DNA from: Acidiferrobacteraceae bacterium
GTDB lineage: Bacteria; Pseudomonadota; Gammaproteobacteria; Acidiferrobacterales; SZUA-150
DNA length: 64,000 nucleotides
Reading direction: 5' to 3'
NCBI GenBank assembly: GCA_003228915.1
Contig: QIGL01000092.1
Location: forward strand, 30,377 to 94,376
In this document: in pieces, positions 19,363-28,437 of the stretch
Layout: every line of letters starts with the position of its first letter
Numbering within the stretch: the stretch's first letter is position 1
Translations under genes and position numbers: made by a program
The notes under the pieces: model-generated
What the model saw: only the letters and a program-made list of their open reading frames with translations
Databases searched by the model: none
Told to the model about the DNA's origin: nothing

Positions 19363-19857
19363 ATGGAAAAAAAATGGTTTCAACAACCCTATGTCTGGTT
19401 CCTGATTAGTATCCCGGCTACCTCTGTCGTTTTAAGCATGGCCTTGCTTTACCTTGCGATCAATGGCCGTGATCCGATGGTTGTTGATGATTATTACAAA
19501 AAAGGCCGGGCAATCAATGAAGTATTAATCAGGGATAAACGGGCAGCAGAACTGGGCCTGACTGCAGCCATGGACATTAACAATAGAACCAATAAAATTT
19601 TGCTTGAGTTCCGGGCAAATAATAAACTTATACTACCAGAAATTTTAGAGTTAAAAATTACCCACGCGACCCGGGGGGAGCTGGATGAAACCGTTCGGCT
19701 TTACCGATCACAACCAGGCCTGTATCAAGGGCAGTTGCCAGCACAGGGTCTGCAAGCGGGCAAATGGTACCTGGAACTGGGAACTAAACAGTGGCGTGTT
19801 ACAAAAAAAATAACGCTACCCAACGAAAAAAAAATTATGTTCCAACCCGGCCATTAG
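19363..19857 (+). CDS. ccoH: FixH/CcoH family protein
   Basis: An N-terminal TM helix followed by PMVVDDYYKKG, the FixH hallmark. It lies immediately after ccoG. Confidence 0.75.
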   Translation: MEKKWFQQPYVWFLISIPATSVVLSMALLYLAINGRDPMVVDDYYKKGRAINEVLIRDKRAAELGLTAAMDINNRTNKILLEFRANNKLILPEILELKITHATRGELDETVRLYRSQPGLYQGQLPAQGLQAGKWYLELGTKQWRVTKKITLPNEKKIMFQPGH

Positions 19858-19877
19858 CTAATTTATTGTCTATCGAG

Positions 19878-20591
19878 ATGTTCAGCCAGGATCTAATCAC
19901 CGTTTTCCTGATGGGACTGGTTGGCTCGGTCCACTGTGTTGGCATGTGTGGCGGGATTGCCAGTTTGCTAGGCGGTCAAATACAACCCGGTAACTCACAA
20001 CCACGACACATCCTGGGCTTCAGCCTGCTTTACAATACAGGACGAATCAGTAGTTACATACTGGCTGGCATTCTGATCGCGGTTTTGGGACAGTTGACTG
20101 CCGTCGCCGGACAACAGGCAGGATTGCCGGATATCAGTCGATTGGTTATTAGCTCGCTCACTTTGTTTTTCGGTTTTTACTTAATAGGGTGGACATTTTT
20201 TTTATTACCTTTGGAAAAAGTGGGCAGTTTTTTATGGCGACGGATCGAGCCCATTGCCCGCAAGTTATTACCCGTTCGGTCATGGCCACAGGCTTTTATG
20301 CTGGGTTCGTTATGGGGCTGGTTACCCTGCGGCCTGGTTTATGTAGCATTAAGCTGGGCGGCTGCCAGTACCGATCCGGTTCAGGGCGGTTTACTGATGG
20401 CGGCATTTGGTCTCGGCACACTGCCGGCCATGTTGGGCATGAGCCTGACAGGTAATCGCCTGGGTCAATTACTGGCCAGGCCAGGTTTGCGAACGGGCAT
20501 TGGTGTACTGGTGATTTTTTACGGATCCTGGATGCTCTGGTTTATGGTTGCCGAAAAACTGGGAACTGGTTCACATTTAAACCATTTATAG
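19878..20591 (+). CDS. TauE/SafE- or DsbD_2-like membrane protein with HCxGMCGG motif
   Basis: The start at ATG 19878 gives MFSQDLITVFLMGLVGSVHCVGMCGGI. It has about 6 TM helices. This family is commonly linked to ccoGHIS clusters. Confidence 0.65.
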   Translation: MFSQDLITVFLMGLVGSVHCVGMCGGIASLLGGQIQPGNSQPRHILGFSLLYNTGRISSYILAGILIAVLGQLTAVAGQQAGLPDISRLVISSLTLFFGFYLIGWTFFLLPLEKVGSFLWRRIEPIARKLLPVRSWPQAFMLGSLWGWLPCGLVYVALSWAAASTDPVQGGLLMAAFGLGTLPAMLGMSLTGNRLGQLLARPGLRTGIGVLVIFYGSWMLWFMVAEKLGTGSHLNHL

Positions 20592-20750
20592 TCAAATAAT
20601 ACTCTACTAATACTAATAAAAACAATAAGTTGCATCAATGTTCAGCAACGTGAACTGGCTCACGGCCAGGACCTGATTTTGTCTCTATTATCCCTGTATA
20701 GCGTAAGTAAAAACACGACTGGATCTAGTCCAGGTATTTGGGAGATAGTT

Positions 20751-21806
20751 ATGGAAAACCTGAAAACCACGCTCATCGGCACCTTGCTGGAGGCACATTT
20801 AAGCTACACCAGTAGCAATCAAGCCCGTGGTCATGAGCTATTGAGCGAAGCACTGGCTAGTGCCCGGGAAATAGAATTCACAGCGTTTGGCTGCCTGCCA
20901 AATGAAATCATGGCCCAGCTTTGTGCCCGGGCCCTGGTCGAAAATATTGAGGTCGATTTTGTTCGTAGTTTAATCCTGAAAAATGGACTGGATTCCATTA
21001 CTGGCCAGGCCGTTGCAAAATGGCCGGTACCGGTAAAAATCTACTCACTGGGCAGGTTCACCGTCACAGTCAATGGCGCACCCCTGGCAGGTAAAGGTAA
21101 TGCCCAGCGCAGACCAGTTGAGTTACTCCAGGCCATTATTGCCCTGGGGGGTCGTGACGTATGTATCCAGAAAATCTGCGATTGTTTATGGCCTGACGTG
21201 GAGGGCGATGCCGCCTATCAAAATTTTACCGTGACCCTTTTTCGGTTGCGCAAATTGGTCGGTAACCATGTGATTACCTTACAAGACAGGAGGCTTACCC
21301 TGGACAGCAAGCACTGTTGGGTTGATGTCTGGGACCTGGAGCGAATGATGGGCAGGCTGGAAGGATTAAGTAATCATAACTCAATGCCTGGCGGTGAGAT
21401 TACCGGCATCATGAATCGTACCCTGACACTTTATAACGGCCCTTTCCTGGGCGAGGGCGAGGTCAACAGTTGGTCCCTGTCGCTGCGAGAGCGCTTGCGC
21501 AGTCGCTTTATCAGGGTACTGATGGTCGTGGGCCGAACTTATGAGCAAATGGATAATTGTGACGAAGCAATTATTATTTACCAGAAGGCCCTGGAATTAG
21601 ATCCCCTGGCAGAGGAATTTCACCAGCAATTAATAAGCTGTCTGGCGAATCAGGGCAGATATGCCGAGGCGATTACTGCCTTCAAACGTTGCGAACAGGT
21701 GTTAGTGTCATTGTTACGGGTACAGCCTGCCCCTGAGACACTGGCAATATATAAGGAGCTGCAAAAACAACAACAACCTGACTTACATGTAGTAAGTAGT
21801 CGCTAA
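20751..21806 (+). CDS. Winged-helix plus BTAD (SARP/AfsR-like) transcriptional regulator, short form
   Basis: GGAG lies 6 nt before the ATG at 20751. The central OmpR-like DNA-binding region is IYSLGRFTVTVNGAPL...RRPVELLQAIIALGG. The BTAD/TPR tail is YNGPFL...ALELDPLAEEFHQQLISCLANQGRYAEAITAFKRC. Confidence 0.65.
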   Translation: MENLKTTLIGTLLEAHLSYTSSNQARGHELLSEALASAREIEFTAFGCLPNEIMAQLCARALVENIEVDFVRSLILKNGLDSITGQAVAKWPVPVKIYSLGRFTVTVNGAPLAGKGNAQRRPVELLQAIIALGGRDVCIQKICDCLWPDVEGDAAYQNFTVTLFRLRKLVGNHVITLQDRRLTLDSKHCWVDVWDLERMMGRLEGLSNHNSMPGGEITGIMNRTLTLYNGPFLGEGEVNSWSLSLRERLRSRFIRVLMVVGRTYEQMDNCDEAIIIYQKALELDPLAEEFHQQLISCLANQGRYAEAITAFKRCEQVLVSLLRVQPAPETLAIYKELQKQQQPDLHVVSSR

Positions 21807-21878
21807 CATCAGTGGACGAAAACGGGGTTTTTTAAATCCTCTAACCACAAATTATTATTATAATTCCTTCCAATAATT

Positions 21879-21945
21879 CCTGGATTCCCGTTGCCACGGG
21901 AATGACCCGGGTTCGTCATTCCGGCCCACGAGCCGGAATCCAGGG
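21879..21945. repeat. REP-like composite palindrome (two inverted units of the GTCATTCC...GGAATCCAGG type)
   Basis: CCTGGATTCCCGTTGCCACGGGAATGAC ... GTCATTCCGGCCCACGAGCCGGAATCCAGG. Each unit holds its own hairpin (ATTCCCG/CGGGAAT and ATTCCGGC/GCCGGAAT). It lies between convergent genes. Confidence 0.75.
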
Positions 21946-21946
21946 T

Positions 21947-22797
21947 TTATGTTTTGTCCTCGTCAGCCTTTTTTGCAGCCATTGCCGTTTTGGCAGCAAG
22001 ATCAGCCTGTAACTCGGCCGCTGCCTTTAGTTCTGTGGCCCGGGTCTTCATGCGTTCATTACGTTTATCCCAGGCGCCCTCTTTTTATTTGACGGTTTCT
22101 TCACCAAACAAGACATGACGCATGAATTCGGCGCCAAACTTCATGACTTCAAGTTGGTCTGTTTTCAGCTTTTCCAGCAATTCAGGGTCAATATCGTAGT
22201 TTTCCTGAAATTGTTCGCTGGTGACAAACTTCTGGAACTGGTCCACGTTATAACTGGCCATGAAGAACAGTTGCAGGCTCATTGCCGAAGGTTTGCCAAT
22301 AGTGGGTCCCGCTGATTTCTTTTTCAGGACCAGGCGCCGCCACTCCCGGGTCAGGGGGTCATATTCTTCCAGACCTTGTTCCTTGCGATACTCGGCGATG
22401 GTCTGGGTTTTATTTTCCTGGTACCCGAGGCAATGATCTTCTTCAACCAGGGCATAATTTTCTTCATCACCGACCGTATCTTTTTTGCGCATCGAAAGTA
22501 ACCCGAGCGGATAGTAGCGACAGGCCGTGGGCCGGTCTTTGTATATGCCGCAACCTTCATCATTCATAAACTGGCAGGCGCTGCCACCCTCAACCGGTTT
22601 GAGCTTATTACCGGGGGTTTTATATGGCCATCCAGCTCATTTAGAGGCACAGTGTACTTGTTCAGCAGCTCAGAAGAGCTGATATCCAGCCTGACCTTGA
22701 TTCGATACAGATCATAAGGTGTCAGGGCAATATCGATATTCTTGCAACAGGCATTGAAGCAGGCGATATCCTTGTGGCAACGAAACTTAACAAGGAG
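21947..22797 (-). pseudogene. Decayed YkgJ/UPF0153-type cysteine-cluster (Fe/Zn-chelating) protein gene
   Basis: The upstream open frame (22567-22797) encodes KFRCHKDIACFNACCKNIDIALTPYDLYRI...KYTVPLNELDGH but has no ATG, GTG or TTG. A frame change occurs in the 22567-22636 overlap, which contains a G5T4 run at 22613-22621. The rest (track ORF 22085-22567) encodes GGSACQFMNDEGCGIYKDRPTACRYYPLG. An in-frame TAA at 22085 is followed by 45 more open codons. Confidence 0.6.
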
Positions 22798-22895
22798 TTA
22801 ACGCGATCTTAATTATATAAAATCCAGACAAAACCTGTATAAAATTACTGGCTTTGCCTGGATCTGGATTTGAAGCTATGAATTAAGGCTCATGT

Positions 22896-24080
22896 CTAAA
22901 GACTTTGATAGTAATCGATCAGAATTTTAGCCACCTCGGGACGCGAAAATTCCTTGGGTGGTGCCTGGCCCTGGCCAAGCATTTCACGAACCTTGGTGCC
23001 CGATAACAGGACAAAGTCTTCTTTCTCGTGGTCAGGTGCTTCGCGCATCATCACCACCTTATTCAGCTTCTTGGACCAGGCAGTGTGGTCGGCTTCGAAG
23101 ATTTCGATCTCCATGGCACCAGCCGGTACCTCTTCCTGAAAAATGGTTTGGGCATCAAAAGCGCCGTAATAGTCACCGACACCGGCGTGGTCGCGACCAA
23201 TAATGAAATGGGTAGCACCCATGTTTTGGCGGAAATAAGCGTGTAAAACCGCCTCACGTGGGCCTGCGTAGAGCATATCAAAGCCGTAACCGGTCACCAT
23301 GGCGCTATTGGGCGGGAAGTACAGTTCCACCATTTTACGTATGGCTGCATCCCGTACCGGCGCCGGGATATCTCCAGGTTTCAGTTTGCCCAGCAACATG
23401 TGAATCACCAGGCCGTCACAACCCAGGCGATCCATGGCCATGTGGCACAGTTCTTCGTGGGCCAGGTGCATCGGGTTGCGTGTCTGGAAGGCAACAATTT
23501 TCTGCCAGCCATGTTCCTTAATCTCGTTACGAATTTCGACCGCAGTGCGGAAGGTATCCGGGAATTCAGTAATAAAGTAGCTAAAGTTAAGGACCTGGAT
23601 CGGGCCAGAAACTGCTATACGACCCTGGGTATTAAAAGGTTTAACACCTGGGTGATCCATGTCATCAGTACGGTAAACCCTGTCGGTCATGATTTTCATT
23701 TGTTCATCCGAGACTTCTTCAATCGCCTCAACATCCATGACTGCCAGAACGGGATTACCGTCGACATTGGGGTCACGCAGGGCGATGCGTTTGGCATCCT
23801 TGATGGCGCTGGCATCTTCGAGCAGACATAGTACTGGTACCGGGAAAAATGAACCGTCAGTGAGGGTCATTTTTTCAGCCGCGCCCATGGCATCGGCAAC
23901 ATTCATGAAACCTTTCAATGGGTTAAAATAACCTCCACCCATCATGACGGCGTTACCCGCTGCTTGTGAGCTGATGATGACTGAGGGCAGGGATTCTGCT
24001 TCCTTGGTCAGCTTGCTGCGTTCGGCATCGTCATAGACGAAACGTGGTTCTAATTCATCAGATCCTATTGGCTTAATCAT
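22896..24080 (-). CDS. sat: Sulfate adenylyltransferase (ATP sulfurylase), homo-oligomeric Sat type
   Basis: 394 aa with the motifs QTRNPMHLAHEEL and IIGRDHAGVG and a PUA-like N-terminal domain. Confidence 0.9.
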   Translation of the reverse strand: MIKPIGSDELEPRFVYDDAERSKLTKEAESLPSVIISSQAAGNAVMMGGGYFNPLKGFMNVADAMGAAEKMTLTDGSFFPVPVLCLLEDASAIKDAKRIALRDPNVDGNPVLAVMDVEAIEEVSDEQMKIMTDRVYRTDDMDHPGVKPFNTQGRIAVSGPIQVLNFSYFITEFPDTFRTAVEIRNEIKEHGWQKIVAFQTRNPMHLAHEELCHMAMDRLGCDGLVIHMLLGKLKPGDIPAPVRDAAIRKMVELYFPPNSAMVTGYGFDMLYAGPREAVLHAYFRQNMGATHFIIGRDHAGVGDYYGAFDAQTIFQEEVPAGAMEIEIFEADHTAWSKKLNKVVMMREAPDHEKEDFVLLSGTKVREMLGQGQAPPKEFSRPEVAKILIDYYQSL

Positions 24081-24467
24081 TGTGGTTTCCTCGTGATAGT
24101 CGGCACTTTCGTGGGCTCATTTGCCTTAAGTAAATGTAAATATTTTGGTCTCAAACCAGGCATTGGAGACATGGTCGCTCTCAAGACCCAGTCCCAGGCA
24201 TGATTTGTCTGAAACGGCCCTGAAAAATAGTTTGGGGCCTGATTTCGAAGAGACGCAAATATATACCAGACGGCTAGAGTGGCATAATCGGTAAATTTAT
24301 ATGGTCATAGATTGGCCGGGAAACAGCGGAACTTTGATAGCTGGAATCATTCCATTTTTTTATTGGCTTGGCCGTAACCTGGAAATTGGCCTGATATTGG
24401 CTCGGCACGGGTATACTGCCTGAATAGATTGCTTATGGAAGCAAGCACACTTTACTTAAATTAAATT

Positions 24468-24698
24468 ATGAGTATAAAAGTCAGATATTTCGCCTCAATT
24501 CGTGAGGTACTTGGCCGTAATGGCGATGAGCTGGCGGCCAGGTCAGGCATGACCGTTGCCAAGGTTTGGCAAATTACGGCGCAAATCGATGCACCCGTGA
24601 ATACCATTGTTGCGGTTAACGAAGAATTTTCCGATTGGCAGCAGTCTGTCTCTGATGGTGATGAAGTGGCTTTTTTCCCGCCAGTGACAGGGGGTTGA
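24468..24698 (+). CDS. moaD: Molybdopterin synthase sulfur-carrier subunit MoaD
   Basis: 76 aa with a ubiquitin-like fold pattern and a C-terminal ...PPVTGG. It is followed directly by moaE across a TGAATG junction. Confidence 0.85.
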   Translation: MSIKVRYFASIREVLGRNGDELAARSGMTVAKVWQITAQIDAPVNTIVAVNEEFSDWQQSVSDGDEVAFFPPVTGG

Positions 24699-25130
24699 AT
24701 GACGGTTATTGTCAGTGAGAAGGCCTTTTTGCCCTGGCAGGTGTTGGCGGACTACGAGCGCTTACGCAACGGCTTGCAGGGGCAAATCGGTGCCGCGACC
24801 GTTTTTGTCGGTACCCTGCGCTCCTTGAGCCAGGGACGACCCGTCGAGGCCATGACTTTAGAGCATTATCCCGGTATGACCGAAAAGTACTTGCAGCTGA
24901 TTTGTCGAGAGGCCGGGGAAAAATGGCAAATCCTCGACAGTTTTGTCCAGCATCGTTATGGACGAATATTGCCTGATGAGCCCATCGTGCTGGTGGCAGT
25001 CTGGTCTGAGCATCGGGAAAGTGCTTTTAAGGCCTGTCGTTATATTATTGATGAACTCAAGTCACGGGCCCCGTTCTGGAAACAGGAGCAAACTGATGAA
25101 GGTTTGCGCTGGGTAGAAAAAAATACCTAG
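24699..25130 (+). CDS. moaE: Molybdopterin synthase catalytic subunit MoaE
   Basis: 143 aa with GAATVFVGTLR ... LEHYPGM ... RAPFWKQE, typical of MoaE. Confidence 0.9.
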   Translation: MTVIVSEKAFLPWQVLADYERLRNGLQGQIGAATVFVGTLRSLSQGRPVEAMTLEHYPGMTEKYLQLICREAGEKWQILDSFVQHRYGRILPDEPIVLVAVWSEHRESAFKACRYIIDELKSRAPFWKQEQTDEGLRWVEKNT

Positions 25131-25150
25131 CGGCCTTTACTTCTTCTTAT

Positions 25151-25768
25151 TTACTTCTTTTTGGCAGGTTTTGTGCTGGCTTCAATGGCCTGTTTCCGTT
25201 TTACAATCCGAAAGCGCTCCAGGTCGGCGGCATACTTTTTCTTGAGTGCGGCCTGTTTTTCTCGTTTGCCTTTAATGACAGCCCGGTGTGTCGCCAGTTG
25301 CGCTTCGGTTCGTTTAATATGTTTTTCATCGACCCCGGTTTTTTTCTGTCGTTCCAGGGTTTTTTCCAGGGAAGTCAGGGTTGCCTTGCTGGCCGTGATG
25401 GAATTTTCCAGCTGGGATATTTTGCGGTCACGGATATAGATGATGTCTTTTTCCAGACCGTAAGTGGCCAGTAAGAGTTTGTCCTTTTTGTCCTGTTCTG
25501 CTTGTAGTTTTTTCTGGCGCTCTACTTCGGCTTTTTTACCAGCCATATTGGCAAGTTCTTTTTCTGTCGGTGGTGCGGCCTGTTCACCGGTTTTGTTGCC
25601 ACTGGTATTCATTTCTATGATCTTGGAGTGTTCGCAAGACTCGGCGGCCCGGTCACCATAATGCCAGCGTCCCTGGGCGTCTTTACATTTCTTGATGCCG
25701 GCAGCATAGCCCTGGCCAACACTAAATAACGCAAAAAATAGTACAATAACAAGAACCCTAGCTTTCAT
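25151..25768 (-). CDS. DUF4124-domain secreted coiled-coil protein
   Basis: Start at MKARVLVIVLFFALF (signal peptide), then KCKDAQGRWHYGD (the DUF4124 pattern) and a Lys/Glu-rich coiled coil. Confidence 0.6.
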   Translation of the reverse strand: MKARVLVIVLFFALFSVGQGYAAGIKKCKDAQGRWHYGDRAAESCEHSKIIEMNTSGNKTGEQAAPPTEKELANMAGKKAEVERQKKLQAEQDKKDKLLLATYGLEKDIIYIRDRKISQLENSITASKATLTSLEKTLERQKKTGVDEKHIKRTEAQLATHRAVIKGKREKQAALKKKYAADLERFRIVKRKQAIEASTKPAKKK

Positions 25769-26357
25769 AATACGACCCTGATTTTGATATAACACAACCC
25801 TAAAAATAGGTTCTCGGGCCTACTGCTGTCAATGGTTAACTGTGCATTTTATCGGATATATGGACTGGCAAGATCAATTCCTGTTGTTTTTGGCATCATT
25901 AACGGCAAATTTTTTTCAGTCCCGGCTAGCGGTGGGGCGTATTTGATCCATTTTGCTGTGTTTATTTTGTTGGGCTTACTTTTCAGGCTTGATTTTTGTG
26001 GCCGCCCTGGCAACCCTCAAAACAACCATATTGCTTTAGATTTGGGCGCTTACCTGGGGTGGGTTGCCTATGTCATAAATTACCGTAGCCAGTCAGTGAC
26101 TAAAAAAGATTTTTAAGATTAATACTATCGTGATTGGCATTAAGTTATTGTTTTGAAATGAGATCAGCGCTCAAGTGTCATGATTTTGGTGTGGCAGTGA
26201 GATATGTCAATAATAACCACGTTGACCAGCAATCGATATTAGGTTAGACAGACAATTCGGGGGACTAAAATGGCAATTTTTACAATTGTAAATTTTAGTT
26301 GAGTGGATCAGGTTTTTTTGCCCGGTCCGCTAAACATTTGCACGGGATGAGAGAACC

Positions 26358-26738
26358 ATGACCAAACGACGAATACTGGACGATATTACTCAGTTACCTA
26401 AAACCATTGAGCGCGGCGCGGTTCATATGGGTAATATTGAAGGCATGGATAATTATTTTGTCCATGGCCAGGTTTTTGGTGATAGCGATGTCCAGGGCAC
26501 ACTCATGTTATCTGAAAATTGTATTTGGCAAGGCAATGTTGTGGCCGATGTCGTGGTGATTAAAGGCGAAGTGACCGGTAATGTCACTGCCAGGTCAAAA
26601 ATTGAGCTGAGAAATACCGCCAAAATTACAGGCAACCTGCAGGCACCCATTCTCGCTATTGAACATGGTGCCAATATCCGCGGCGATATTCATGATGACT
26701 GCTTTATTACTCATTTTGAAGAGCGTCGTACCCATTAA
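26358..26738 (+). CDS. Bactofilin (CcmA-like polymer-forming cytoskeletal protein)
   Basis: Repetitive beta-helix pattern: VQGTLMLSENCIWQGNVVADVVVIKGEVTGNVTARSKIELRNTAKITGNLQAPILAIEHGANIRGDI. Confidence 0.8.
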   Translation: MTKRRILDDITQLPKTIERGAVHMGNIEGMDNYFVHGQVFGDSDVQGTLMLSENCIWQGNVVADVVVIKGEVTGNVTARSKIELRNTAKITGNLQAPILAIEHGANIRGDIHDDCFITHFEERRTH

Positions 26739-26810
26739 AAAGCATAAGCGTTAAATATTTCAGATCAAACCGGTAAGGATTTATTCAGAGGTGTTAGTTT
26801 TTATAGTTAT

Positions 26811-27458
26811 TCAAGCGCCGTACTGCTGCTGGTAATCTTCAATTGCGCTTATATGTTCACCAAACTCACTGGAATGAGCAAGAAACGCCTTAAGCGTATC
26901 CAGGCCAACAATGTGGTGCACCTGCAGCTGACATTTTTTTTCAACTTCACTGACCGCCGACGTTTTACCGGCACCCCGTTCCTGGCGATCAAGGGCAATT
27001 AACACGCCTGTTGCTGTTGCGCCCTGGGCCTTGATTGTTACTACCGCCTCCTTGACTGATAAACCTGCAGAGATGACATCATCAATAATAAGCACCTTAC
27101 CTGCCAGCGGGGCACCGACAATAATCCCGCCCTCGGCATGAGTTTTGGCCTCTTTGCGGTTGAATGCATAGGGCAAATCCCGACCGTGTTGTTCTGACAG
27201 GGCGATGGTTAAGGCAGCAGCCAGTGGTATGCCCTTGTAGGCCGGCCCGAACACCATATCGAAATCAATCCCCGACTCCATGGCGGCCTGAGCATAAAAG
27301 TGCCCCAGTTTCGCCAGCCTTGCCCCGGTATTGAAGAGCCCGGCATTAAAGAAATAGGGGCTAATGCGCCCTGACTTGAGCGTGAACTGGCCGAAACGAA
27401 TTGCCCCAATGTCCAGGGCAAACGTTAAAAATTCATGTTGAAATTTTTTTATGGCCAT
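26811..27458 (-). CDS. pyrE: Orotate phosphoribosyltransferase
   Basis: 215 aa with FGQFTLKSGRISPYFFN, GPAYKGIP and the PRPP motif VLIIDDVISAG. Confidence 0.9.
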   Translation of the reverse strand: MAIKKFQHEFLTFALDIGAIRFGQFTLKSGRISPYFFNAGLFNTGARLAKLGHFYAQAAMESGIDFDMVFGPAYKGIPLAAALTIALSEQHGRDLPYAFNRKEAKTHAEGGIIVGAPLAGKVLIIDDVISAGLSVKEAVVTIKAQGATATGVLIALDRQERGAGKTSAVSEVEKKCQLQVHHIVGLDTLKAFLAHSSEFGEHISAIEDYQQQYGA

Positions 27459-27660
27459 AAGCGCTAGTCTGACTGAATCTTCTCGTTGAATATTTCAAAT
27501 TGTTTGTCCATTACGACCCAGGGTTCCAGCAAAGTTGCTGTAGAATATTATTCCGGTATTCTCATGTACATTCATTCTCAAAACAATACCTATCAATACC
27601 TATGAGACAATCAAGACCTCTCTTTTTTTAGATTTCAAAGATTAAGGATCCCCGAATTAT

Positions 27661-28437
27661 ATGCGAATAATTACTGCAAATTTAAATGGTATCCGGGCTG
27701 CTGCCAAAAAAGGTTTTTTCCCGTGGATGCTGGCCCAGGATGCAGACGTGATCTGCTTGCAAGAACTCAAGGCCCAGGTCGATCAACTGACCCGCGAGAT
27801 GCTGGCACCAGAAGGTTATCATGGATATTTTCATGATGCCGAGAAGAAGGGCTATAGCGGTGTGGGGATCTATTGCAAGCGATTACCTGACCGGGTTCAC
27901 GTTGGCCTGGGCTGGCCTGACATTGATTCCGAAGGACGCTACTTGCAGGCGGATTTTGGCAATGTCAGCGTTATTTCGTTGTACCTGCCCTCGGGATCGA
28001 GCGGCGAAGAACGCCAGCAATTTAAGTACGAGTTTATGAATCGTTTTATGATATTTCTGCAGGCGCAACGCCATGATGGCCGCGAGTACATTGTTTGTGG
28101 TGACTGGAATATTGCCCATAAAGAAATCGACCTGAAAAACTGGAAAAGTAACCAGAAGAATTCAGGTTTTTTACCGGATGAGCGGGCCTGGCTGACAAAA
28201 TTGTTTGATGATGTCGGTTACGTCGATGTGTTCAGGAATATTAACGAGCAAGAAAATCAATATACCTGGTGGTCAAATCGGGGCCAGTCCTGGGCAAAAA
28301 ATGTCGGTTGGCGTCTTGATTACCAGATCACCACGCCCGAGATAGCCAAAACAGCAAAAGCCGAATCAATCTATAAAGATGAACGTTTTTCTGATCACGC
28401 GCCATTGATTATTGATTATGACTACGAGCTCGGATAG
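27661..28437 (+). CDS. xthA: Exodeoxyribonuclease III
   Basis: MRIITANLNGIRAA, QELK, GDWNIAH and the C-terminal SDHAPL, the EEP nuclease motifs. Confidence 0.9.
   Translation: MRIITANLNGIRAAAKKGFFPWMLAQDADVICLQELKAQVDQLTREMLAPEGYHGYFHDAEKKGYSGVGIYCKRLPDRVHVGLGWPDIDSEGRYLQADFGNVSVISLYLPSGSSGEERQQFKYEFMNRFMIFLQAQRHDGREYIVCGDWNIAHKEIDLKNWKSNQKNSGFLPDERAWLTKLFDDVGYVDVFRNINEQENQYTWWSNRGQSWAKNVGWRLDYQITTPEIAKTAKAESIYKDERFSDHAPLIIDYDYELG

Noticed and set aside
21901-21925. GGGTTCGTCATTCC resembles a tRNA T-arm (GGTTCGAATCC)
   Set aside because: It sits in the centre of the REP-like palindrome. No acceptor, D or anticodon arms can be drawn around it. I found no tRNA anywhere in the window.
22821-22872. 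Inverted repeat AATCCAGA ... TCTGGATT just downstream of sat
   Set aside because: The loop is about 35 nt and there is no clean U-tract, so it is weak as an intrinsic terminator. It may still be a processing or terminator structure, but I cannot support that.
24081-24467. 387-nt gap upstream of sat and moaD, checked for a Moco riboswitch
   Set aside because: I could not find the conserved Moco-motif elements or any convincing nested helices by eye.
25832-26116. 94-aa ORF in the 560-nt gap between the DUF4124 gene and the bactofilin gene
   Set aside because: It has no SD, an odd composition and no motif. It may be a small membrane protein, but I cannot support it.
27584-27603. Tandem duplication CAATACCTAT x2 in the pyrE-xthA intergenic region
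   Set aside because: There are only two 10-nt units, which is too short to call a repeat array or CRISPR. It may be an operator half-site pair, but nothing else supports that.
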